Source: Elusimicrobia bacterium CG_4_9_14_3_um_filter_62_55
GTDB lineage: Bacteria; Elusimicrobiota; Elusimicrobia; UBA1565
Reading direction: 5' to 3'
Assembly: GCA_002790095.1 (NCBI GenBank)
Contig: PFUL01000054.1
Span: 9,510 to 73,509 of the forward strand
DNA length: 64,000 nt
A program made the translations under genes and the position numbers. The notes under the pieces are model-generated. The model was not told where the DNA came from and made no database searches. It saw only the letters and a list, made by a program, of their open reading frames with translations. Shown in pieces: positions 1-7,508 of the stretch (positions are counted from its first letter, which is position 1; each line of letters opens with the position of its first letter).

Positions 1-947
1 AAACCGGAGCGACGACAAGCACCGCGGCGAGCGATTTCCCGGGGTCCTGTACGAGGGAAATCGGTTCGCTGACGGAGATCTCTCCCGTGTCGATCGACCG
101 CTGCAAAGTGGAACGGCGCGCCTCGCCGCTCCCGAGGTCCAAGCCGAGCGCCCGCTCGTTTCCAGCCCGCGGTTCGGCGTACAGCACGGGAAAATAAACA
201 TCCCGGGTTCCCGCCTTCCTCAGGGATCCGTCCGGAGCCAACTCCTTCACCGAGAAGCCATCCATGCCCTCCGCGCGAGCGCGACTTTCCAACTCGGCGC
301 GTCCCGCGGCGGGAATCCTCGGGACCCATTCGAGGACTCGCAGGTATCGATGATTTTCGAGAATATATTGAGAGAAAATCGCGAATTCGGAGGGGGAAAC
401 CTCAACGCTCGCCTTAAAGAAGCCGACAAGCTGGTCAAGGACGCGGTCGACGGCTTCCATGCGCGCCGACAACTCAAACGACTCATTTCGCGCCTCCGAC
501 TCGAACGCTCGCGCGCGGCCCGCGCGCTGCGAATTCAAAACCAGGAACCCTACCAGAATCGACGCCGCGGCTCCAAATAGAAGAACCCAAATCGCGCGCG
601 GCTCGAACGGGAGGTCGACGCCCCGCGGAAAAGCATCCTCCCCCACGGCGTCCAAACGGGCCGCCCGCGCGAGCATCTCAACGGTCAGAAGCACGAATAG
701 GGCGCCCCCGAAAAAAACGGGCGTGACGAGCATCGTCGCCAACCGGGAAACCGATCCCATAATAATTCCGAAGCAGAACAGCGCGTAGCCGATGAGGAAC
801 GCGATGAGGAACGCGATCAAGACGCGCCAAAGCCTCCACAACGACGTGGCCGATGCGGCCGGAATCCTGCGGATTGCCTGGAGAAGCGCCGCCGCCATGA
901 CGACGACCGACGCGAGATTGACAAAAAGAAATCCCATGGCGGCTATA
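1..947 (-). CDS. CHASE-domain membrane sensor protein, N-terminal part (C-terminus lies beyond window start)
   Basis: Reverse-strand translation from ATG (rc of cat at 945-947) stays open to position 1. N-terminus MGFLFVNLASVVVMAAALL... has several hydrophobic helices, then a CHASE-like motif block ...DVYFPVLYAEPRAGNERALGLDLGSGEARRSTLQRSIDTGEISVSEPISLVQDPGKSLAAVLVVAPV. Not in the supplied ORF track because no stop occurs inside the window. Confidence 0.55.
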
Positions 948-1051
948 TTTAACCCCTTCCGCAGACCCCCGCGCCACCCCTTGCATAGCCCGCCAGGATC
1001 GAGAACCCCTTTAACCGGTCTCGGTCGCGGGGGAAGTCCGCCGCCGCTATC

Positions 1052-2317
1052 TCAGAGTGAGCAGTCGTAGACGACGACCGGAGCGGATTTCCCCTTCACC
1101 GTGATCTCTTTACGTTCAGCCGAAGAGAATGGCACGCCCGCCTCCCGGTAGACGCCCTCGGAGAGCAGCAGGCGGCCGGGCACGCAGTTGGACTCCAGGC
1201 GCTGGGCGAGATTCACCGCGTCTCCGATGTAGGTGTACTCGCGCCTCTGTGAGGAACCGACGTTCGCGCGCACCGCGCGGCGCGCGCCGTCGATCAAACC
1301 GTGGCGGTTCGCTTGAATCAACGGCACCTTTCGTCCTGAGAGATCTTCCGCCGGAAAGAACCGGATACGGCCGCGCACGAAGTCGCACTGAACCGGAAGC
1401 CGCAGCACCGACGGGCGCGGTCCGTCCTCCGGCCCCATCACCACCGCGAAGCCGTAGCGCTGGATCATCTGCTCAAAGAACTTCCCCGCGTCCTGCGGTC
1501 CGAGAAACTGGCGGTAAAAATCGAAGATCGGGACGCCGTCCACCTCGTACGCGTACTCCCCCTCCGTCCGCGTGAACTCAACGACGGGGCCGACCGCCTC
1601 CCAACCGTGATCGTAGGCGAACGCGATCTTGTTGCCGGCACGCGGGAGATCCCAAACCGCCGCACGGCCGCCTTTTTGCCGGACCCCGTCCGGAAAATAC
1701 TGGTGATTGGTCCAAAAATCCGGGTGACTCATCCCCAAATCATAATCCCCGACGCACAGGCCGCCGAAGAACGGGAGTCCGGGACAGGCCTCGCGCATGC
1801 GGGCGAGCATGCGGTTCTCCTTGCCGTCGATGATCGAACCGAAATAGAAACCCAGCGGGATACGATCGCTGGAGGCGCCGCTCCCCGCATTCAGCTCCAG
1901 CGCTTCGGCGAAGGCGGCTCCGTTCTCTACGCTGCTCTCCCCCAGATCTCGGGACGCGGTCCGCAGCGTGGAACCGTCGAGACGGATCAGCAGCACGATC
2001 ACGCTGTCCTTGGTGACCCCGAGATTCGTCACCTCGGCATAAGAGGAGCCTCCGAGAACGATCCGCAGATCCAGTTCGGCGGAAAGCCCCGCGTGGATCT
2101 CTTTCTGGTCGTGCTTGATGCCGGCGAAGGCGAACGCGAGCGAAGGCTCGGACACGGTCCGCTTCGCCTCTCGCGCCGCCTCGCGCGCCGCGGAGCGCGA
2201 ATCCCGCAGCCGGCTCAACCCGACGCCGACGCGCGTGCTCATGAAACCGCGGCCCGCACTGCGGGCTCGAAGGCGAAGGTCTCCGCGAGGCAGGCCTCGA
2301 TCGCCGGCAAAGCCCAA
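1052..2317 (-). CDS. FIST-domain protein fused to class III adenylate/guanylate cyclase catalytic domain
   Basis: 421-aa ORF. C-terminus YTYIGDAVNLAQRLESNCVPGRLLLSEGVY matches the class III cyclase homology domain. The N-terminal two-thirds resemble FIST N/C sensory domains. Alternative start at internal Met (2242). Lies directly upstream (same strand) of the CHASE sensor. Confidence 0.7.
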   Translation of the reverse strand: MGFAGDRGLPRGDLRLRARSAGRGFMSTRVGVGLSRLRDSRSAAREAAREAKRTVSEPSLAFAFAGIKHDQKEIHAGLSAELDLRIVLGGSSYAEVTNLGVTKDSVIVLLIRLDGSTLRTASRDLGESSVENGAAFAEALELNAGSGASSDRIPLGFYFGSIIDGKENRMLARMREACPGLPFFGGLCVGDYDLGMSHPDFWTNHQYFPDGVRQKGGRAAVWDLPRAGNKIAFAYDHGWEAVGPVVEFTRTEGEYAYEVDGVPIFDFYRQFLGPQDAGKFFEQMIQRYGFAVVMGPEDGPRPSVLRLPVQCDFVRGRIRFFPAEDLSGRKVPLIQANRHGLIDGARRAVRANVGSSQRREYTYIGDAVNLAQRLESNCVPGRLLLSEGVYREAGVPFSSAERKEITVKGKSAPVVVYDCSL

Positions 2318-2326
2318 TTGTCTTGA

Positions 2327-3340
2327 TTGACTAAAAACACTCGATCCCGGATCGTCGCGTCAGCCGTTGCATTTGCGGGCATTCTACCATCCTTGGAACG
2401 GATTGTTTGTTATGATGGGCCCCGGATGAAAGGTCCCGAATTCAAGATCTCGGAACTTGCCGCCGCGGTTTCGTTCGCCCTCACGGTGTTCACCGTTTTT
2501 GCCGCGGCCGTCGCGGCGTTGGCCGGATTCCCGTTTCCCTTTCCGCCCGCGCCGTTATACGCGGCCGCCGCGTGCGGACTCCTCTGCGTCGCATACGGAA
2601 TTTTCGTCGAACCCAAGCGCCTGAGCGAACGCTCGATTCGCATCGCGAGCCCGAAAATCACGACTCCCCTGCGCGTCCTCCACCTGTCGGACCTTCATGT
2701 GACGCGATGGAGGGACTTCGACGCGCGCGTCGCCCGAAAAGTGAAAGACCTAACCCCGGATTTGATCCTTCTGACGGGCGATTATACGGCCTCCCGCTTC
2801 GATCCGGAAGCGCTCACACGCCTGCTTTCGGAACTCGCGAAGACCGCCCCGGTCTACGCCTGCCTCGGCAACAGCGAGGGATCCCGTCCGGTGCATAGCT
2901 GGGTGTCCGTCCCGGGGCTCTCTTGGCTGGTCGAAGGCGGAGCCGACGTGAAACTCCGAGGCTCTCGCCTTCGCCTCGAAGCCGCGCAGCCGGGCGACGG
3001 GGAACGCCTCCTCGCGCTCAAGCCGGAGCCGTCCGTCTTCACGATCGGCCTCTACCACTATCCCGACTTAGCCGCCGTCCTCGCCGCGGTCCCCCTCGAT
3101 CTCGTTCTCAGCGGCCACACCCACGGCGGACAGGTCCGCCTGCCGTGGATCGGGGCGCTGTTTTCAAACGCCAAGCCCGGACGCCGTTTCGCACGGGGGC
3201 TGTTCCGTTCGGGAGACAAGACGGCCTTCGTCAGCCAAGGCATCGGCTGCGAAAGCTACGGACTTCCCCCGATGCGATTTCTCTGTCCTCCCGAAATCGC
3301 CGTTTTCGAACTAGTCCCGGAAAAGCCGTCAGTTGCCTGA
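2327..3340 (+). CDS. membrane-anchored calcineurin-like metallophosphoesterase
   Basis: Motifs LHLSDLH, GDY, GNSE and GHTHGG typical of the metallophosphatase fold. Hydrophobic N-terminal segment. Probable true start at Met 2426 (MKGPEF...), preceded by TGtTATGAT. Confidence 0.75.
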   Translation: MTKNTRSRIVASAVAFAGILPSLERIVCYDGPRMKGPEFKISELAAAVSFALTVFTVFAAAVAALAGFPFPFPPAPLYAAAACGLLCVAYGIFVEPKRLSERSIRIASPKITTPLRVLHLSDLHVTRWRDFDARVARKVKDLTPDLILLTGDYTASRFDPEALTRLLSELAKTAPVYACLGNSEGSRPVHSWVSVPGLSWLVEGGADVKLRGSRLRLEAAQPGDGERLLALKPEPSVFTIGLYHYPDLAAVLAAVPLDLVLSGHTHGGQVRLPWIGALFSNAKPGRRFARGLFRSGDKTAFVSQGIGCESYGLPPMRFLCPPEIAVFELVPEKPSVA

Positions 3341-3393
3341 AAAGTGCCGAATTCGGCCGTAGCTTGACTCTGGCCTCGACACGAAATCGGGTC

Positions 3394-3421
3394 TTGATAA
3401 TTTCCGGAAGTACGTTATAAT
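3394..3421 (+). promoter_or_regulatory. sigma70-like promoter: TTGATA (3394-3399), 16-nt spacer, TATAAT (3416-3421)
   Basis: Near-consensus hexamers in the only AT-rich stretch of this region, about 30 nt upstream of the XRE gene ATG at 3454. A short TTATA/TATAA inverted repeat overlaps the -10. Confidence 0.45.
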
Positions 3422-3453
3422 ATTCGTATAAACATAATTACATTACTATAGAA

Positions 3454-4233
3454 ATGAAAGTCACCGCCCTTAAATCCTACCGCTCGGCCATCGGCCGGGA
3501 ACTCCGCGAACTCCGCGAAGAGCGCCGCTGGAGCCAGTCCGAATTGGCGAAGCGCCTCGGCCTGTCTCAAGGATGGCTCTCCCGCATCGAAAGGGGAGAC
3601 GCCTCCCTGAGCGCCGAACAGCTCCTTTACGCCACGCGCATCTTCAACGCCAGCGTAGACCGCTTCCTGCCCAAACGGCGCGGCCCTTCCGGAGACCAGA
3701 TCCAAAACGCGCTGGCGAGACTCGGCGCGGCGCATCTCCTGGAGCTAGAGGGAGCCTTTCCCACGGAACGGCTCAGCGACGCGCTCAACGTAATCCAAGA
3801 GGTCCTCACCACGCCCGACAATCCCCGCCACGTCTCCGCCCTAACGCCCGTGCTGGTCGAGCAGGCCGCAGAACTCCGGCTGCCGGCCCTTCGCAAGCGC
3901 CTCGCCGAGGCCGGCCTCGAACGCCGCCTCGGCTGGCTCGTCGACAACACGCGCTGGGTCCTCGTACGAGAACTTGAGGAGACCAAGTCGATCCCGCTGC
4001 GGACCCTCAACAAATACCGCCGCGCGCTGAGCCGACTATCGCACGCCGGTTTCGAGCCGTTGGCGCGGACCGAGCCATCCGAGGACATATTCGACTCAAC
4101 GATCGTCAGCGACGCAAGCATCGATGAGGCCCGGAAGGAGCGCTCCGAGATCTCAGCGCGGTGGGGCATCCTGTCTTTTTTGCAGCCGCAGGACTTCCAA
4201 TCCGCGCTGAGGCAGGTCTATGCCCCCGATTGA
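3454..4233 (+). CDS. XRE-family HTH DNA-binding protein with ~190-aa C-terminal domain; putative antitoxin/regulator of downstream nucleotidyltransferase
   Basis: N-terminus GRELRELREERRWSQSELAKRLGLSQGWLSRIERGD is a classic HTH_XRE (HTH_3) helix-turn-helix. 14-nt overlap with the next gene. The C-terminal domain is not recognised (RRALSRLSH could be an Rx6H HEPN-like motif, speculative). Confidence 0.7.
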   Translation: MKVTALKSYRSAIGRELRELREERRWSQSELAKRLGLSQGWLSRIERGDASLSAEQLLYATRIFNASVDRFLPKRRGPSGDQIQNALARLGAAHLLELEGAFPTERLSDALNVIQEVLTTPDNPRHVSALTPVLVEQAAELRLPALRKRLAEAGLERRLGWLVDNTRWVLVRELEETKSIPLRTLNKYRRALSRLSHAGFEPLARTEPSEDIFDSTIVSDASIDEARKERSEISARWGILSFLQPQDFQSALRQVYAPD

Positions 4234-4816
4234 GCGGTTGCTGAAGGAACTCGACGGCATCTGGCCGCTCAAGCGGCCTCAGAAAATCCGTCTCGACATA
4301 ATCGGCTCCGGCGCCTTGATGCTCCAAAGCGACTACACCCGCTCGACCAAGGACGGCGACGTCTTCGAGCTGAAACCGCTTGAAGAGCTCGTACGCAAGA
4401 CTCTCCTAGATCTCGCCGGAAAGAAGTCCCGACTCCAAGCCAAACTGCATATGTACCTGGACATCGTGCCCAACGGCCTGCCGTTGCTCCCGGCGCGGCC
4501 CCTGTTCCACCGGATCGCTCTTTCCAAAAACCTCGAGCACTTCGAACTGCGCGCTCTCGACCCGGTCGACGTCGCGGTCAGCAAACTCCCCCGCTTCAAC
4601 GCCAACGATCGCACCGACGTGCAGTCCATGATCGAGCGCGGCCTGATCTCACATCAACGTTTGATCGCGCGGTTCCGCGACGCGGTCGACCGTTTCGCCA
4701 TGGATGCGCGGGCCGAACTTCTACCGAAGTACATCGAGCGCCTGCACTCCATAGAGCACGCGTTCTTTAATCTCCCGCCGACCCCTTTTGACTTGCCCGA
4801 CTGGATGGATCGATGA
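4220..4816 (+). CDS. minimal nucleotidyltransferase, AbiEii/MenT-like (DUF1814/DUF6036-like) putative toxin
   Basis: IIGSGALMLQSDYTRSTKDGDVF matches the minimal-NTase signature hG[GS]...[DE]h[DE]h and the GGxAL...R.S.D.D pattern of AbiEii/MenT toxins. GAGG Shine-Dalgarno 5 nt upstream. Translationally coupled to the HTH gene. Confidence 0.6.
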   Translation: MPPIERLLKELDGIWPLKRPQKIRLDIIGSGALMLQSDYTRSTKDGDVFELKPLEELVRKTLLDLAGKKSRLQAKLHMYLDIVPNGLPLLPARPLFHRIALSKNLEHFELRALDPVDVAVSKLPRFNANDRTDVQSMIERGLISHQRLIARFRDAVDRFAMDARAELLPKYIERLHSIEHAFFNLPPTPFDLPDWMDR

Positions 4817-4923
4817 AGATAAAGCGCGGGAGAAGCCGCGTTCGGAACTGATGCAAAATCCCGATTTCGGCCGCCTCGGACCGCTTCCCGCCCCTGAAAA
4901 GTTTTTGTAGAATAAGAGTTGTC

Positions 4924-4995
4924 GCCGCGGTAGCTCAGTGGTAGAGCACTGGTCTGAAAAACCAGGTGTCGGTAGTTCGATCCTACCCCGCGGCA
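4924..4995 (+). tRNA. tRNA-Phe (anticodon GAA)
   Basis: Cloverleaf readable: acceptor GCCGCGG/CCGCGGC, D-arm GCTC/GAGC with AGTGGTA loop, anticodon stem CTGGT/ACCAG with loop CTGAAAA (GAA at 4956-4958), T-arm GGTAG-TTCGATC-CTACC, discriminator A. CCA is not encoded (followed by CCC). Confidence 0.9.
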
Positions 4996-5010
4996 CCCCT
5001 TTCCAAAAGA

Positions 5011-5032
5011 CCCTCCCCCCGGAGGGTTTTTT
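5011..5032. terminator. bidirectional rho-independent terminator (CCCTCC-CCCC-GGAGGG + T6)
   Basis: 6-bp GC stem, 4-nt loop, TTTTTT on the plus strand, and a T-rich tract (rc of TTCCAAAAGA) on the minus strand. Sits between tRNA-Phe and the convergent gene ending at 5039. Confidence 0.6.
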
Positions 5033-5038
5033 GCCGTC

Positions 5039-5845
5039 TCAGTACTCGTCGACGCGCTTGAGCCAGCCGCGCAAAAAACGCGCGACCGAGGGGTCATCAC
5101 CGGCCCGCCGCTCCAGCACGAACTTCGCCGAGGATTTGAAGCGGTCCAAACCGTCGAGTCCGCCGTAGCGCTCCATCTCGAGAAGCACCTGAAACAATCC
5201 CCAACCGAAGCCGTTGGGCGTGCGCTCGGTCGCCTTGAGCCCCTCGCCTTTAAAGCCCACATAGTCGAGCATCGCCACCACGCCGCGTTCCGAGGCGGCG
5301 ACCGCGTCGATGCTGCGCTGAATCACTCCGGCGCGAACCGGATCGTGGCGGACGAGGGAATCGAGACTCGCGCTCAAGCGGCGGATCTGGAAATCCGCCT
5401 GCGCCACGAGGACGTCGCGACGGGAGAAAAACGCGCGCAGTTCGGCGAGTTCGGGGGATGCATCCCGGGAGAGAAACATCCGCCGCGTGCACCACGGCGC
5501 GGGGCGGATGCGCCCGGTGCCGTCGGCGCCGAGCGCCGTCGGCAATTCCGACGGGTCGACGCGCCGCTCGGAAATCATCCATTCGATCAACGCCGGGAGA
5601 CTCTCTTCGAAACCCGGCTTCGTTCCGCCGCAGAGTTCGTAGTCCGGATACCACAGGTAGTGGGCCGCCCCGATCGACGCGAAGGTTTCCCCGTCGTTCC
5701 ATTGAGCCAGACCGCGGACGGTTCCCCCTCCTTCGCGCTGCCAGATCAACTTGATGATTTCGAGTTTGCGCGTCTCGGGGAAGTCCGGAATCGGACCTGA
5801 GAGGGCACCGGCCGCCGAGAGCGCCAACGGGAGCAGGGCGCGCAT
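5039..5845 (-). CDS. secreted hypothetical protein (signal peptide)
   Basis: 268-aa ORF starting MRALLPLALSAAGALSG (signal-peptide-like). No recognisable catalytic motif. Confidence 0.55.
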   Translation of the reverse strand: MRALLPLALSAAGALSGPIPDFPETRKLEIIKLIWQREGGGTVRGLAQWNDGETFASIGAAHYLWYPDYELCGGTKPGFEESLPALIEWMISERRVDPSELPTALGADGTGRIRPAPWCTRRMFLSRDASPELAELRAFFSRRDVLVAQADFQIRRLSASLDSLVRHDPVRAGVIQRSIDAVAASERGVVAMLDYVGFKGEGLKATERTPNGFGWGLFQVLLEMERYGGLDGLDRFKSSAKFVLERRAGDDPSVARFLRGWLKRVDEY

Positions 5846-5869
5846 GTCTCAACATGATATCATGCGTCG

Positions 5870-6985
5870 ATGACTTCCGAGCTTGCGAAATCCGTCGGCC
5901 TGCTCGGCTACGGCCGTTTCGGCCGCGCCTTCGCCGAACTGCTGCTCGATGCCGGGTTCGAAGTGTTCGCCTTCGACCCTCACGAGCCCGTTCCCGACTG
6001 GCTCGCGGCCGACGGCCCGGGGACGCTCGCGAAACGCTGCGAGGCGGTGGTGCTCTGCGTCCCGACGGACGGCCTGGAGACCGCGCTCGACGCCCTCGAA
6101 CCGCATCTGAGCGCGCAGCATCTCGTCCTCGACGTTTCCAGCGTCAAACACGCCGCCGTGCGAACCCTCGAAGCCCGGCTCGGGAGCCGCATTCCCTGGT
6201 CGGCGACCCATCCGCTTTTCGGTCCGACCAGCATCGCTCGCGACGAGCGTCCCTTGCGGGTCGTCGTTTGTCCCAACGCCTTCCATCCCGGCGCGGCGGC
6301 CCGCGCCAAGGTGCTCTACGAAGCGGCGGGTTGCTCGGTGATCGAAGAGGACGCCGACGCCCACGATCGAGTCATGGCGCGCACTCACGCGCTCGCCTTT
6401 TACGTGGCGAAGGGCATGCTCGAACTCTCGGGGGACGCTCCCGTGCCGTTCGCTCCTCCCTCGTTTAAGGCGATGGAGCAGACGATCGAAGCCGTGCGCT
6501 CCGACGCGGGGCATTTGTTTTATCCCATCGCGCACGGCAATCCGTACGCCGCCGAAGCCCGCCGCTCTTTGCTCGACGCTCTCGGACGCATTCACAAGGC
6601 GCTGGAAAGCGAGGGAGCCCGCAGGGCGGAAACGCCTCCCGCCGTCACGGCCGCGGACCGATATGCCATTCCCGAACCGGCCATGCCTGCGCCCGCCCTG
6701 GGCGAGACTCGATCTCTGATCGATGAAATCGACGCGGAACTCGTCGCGCTGCTCGCGCGCCGGGAGCGCCTTGCCGAACGCGCGGCACGCGTAAAGGCGG
6801 GGCGAGGACTGGCGGTCCGCGACGAAGCCCGCGAGCGGTCCTTGCTCGCCGACCGCCGCGCGCGCGCGGAGGCCGCCGGTCTCGACCCGGACGACGTCGC
6901 CGTGATTTTCAAGGCGGTGATGCTGTTTTCCAGAAACGCCCAAGATAGGTACTTGAAGTCTCGCGGCGGGCCTGCTACACCATAA
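5870..6985 (+). CDS. tyrA: prephenate dehydrogenase fused to C-terminal chorismate mutase domain
   Basis: N-terminal Rossmann GYGRFGRAFAELL and a TyrA-type core. C-terminal ~90 aa LIDEIDAELVALLARRERLAERAARVKAG...RDEARERSLL is an AroQ-type chorismate mutase helix. Confidence 0.85.
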   Translation: MTSELAKSVGLLGYGRFGRAFAELLLDAGFEVFAFDPHEPVPDWLAADGPGTLAKRCEAVVLCVPTDGLETALDALEPHLSAQHLVLDVSSVKHAAVRTLEARLGSRIPWSATHPLFGPTSIARDERPLRVVVCPNAFHPGAAARAKVLYEAAGCSVIEEDADAHDRVMARTHALAFYVAKGMLELSGDAPVPFAPPSFKAMEQTIEAVRSDAGHLFYPIAHGNPYAAEARRSLLDALGRIHKALESEGARRAETPPAVTAADRYAIPEPAMPAPALGETRSLIDEIDAELVALLARRERLAERAARVKAGRGLAVRDEARERSLLADRRARAEAAGLDPDDVAVIFKAVMLFSRNAQDRYLKSRGGPATP

Positions 6986-6986
6986 G

Positions 6987-7508
6987 ATGACGATGAAAAC
7001 GGGGGCTCTCTTTCTTGCCGGATGGATCGTCTTCTCGGGCGCGGGACGCGCGGGCGCGCAGATGCTCAATATTCCCCTGATGAGCGAAGACGAAGAGGAG
7101 GATCTGCGGACGGCCCAGCAGCGGCTCGAAGAGCTCCAGCGGAAAATCAAACGCAAGGAGATTCCTCCGATTGAATTCGAGTTCAATAAGGCGGTTTTGC
7201 GTCCGTACTCCAAACAGACGCTCGAACTCGTCGCGGACCTGATGTTCGCACACCCTCAGTTAAAGCTGATGGTCTTCGGCCATACCTGCGACGTCGGCTC
7301 CGACCGATACAACCTTTGGCTCTCGCAGAAACGCGCCGAAGCCGTGAAGAACTACCTGATCGAAGTGGGCGTGATGGGCGAATTCATCAAGGCGAAGGGC
7401 TACGGCGAGACCAAGCCCGCCGTCCCCAACGACTCCGAAGAAAATCGCGAACAGAACCGCCGCGTCGAATTCATCCTCACCAAACGCTGGTGGGACTCCG
7501 TCTTCTAG
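6987..7508 (+). CDS. OmpA-family peptidoglycan-binding protein
   Basis: Signal peptide. OmpA_C motifs IEFEFNKAVLRP, GHTCDVGSDRYNLWLSQKRAEAV, GYGETKP, NRRVEF. Confidence 0.8.
   Translation: MTMKTGALFLAGWIVFSGAGRAGAQMLNIPLMSEDEEEDLRTAQQRLEELQRKIKRKEIPPIEFEFNKAVLRPYSKQTLELVADLMFAHPQLKLMVFGHTCDVGSDRYNLWLSQKRAEAVKNYLIEVGVMGEFIKAKGYGETKPAVPNDSEENREQNRRVEFILTKRWWDSVF

Noticed and set aside
4817-5845. tRNA-Phe as attachment site of an integrated island
   Set aside because: No integrase or recombinase, no direct repeat of the tRNA 3' end, and flanking genes downstream of the tRNA (tyrA, ompA-like) look like core genome. Only the small XRE-NTase module upstream looks accessory.
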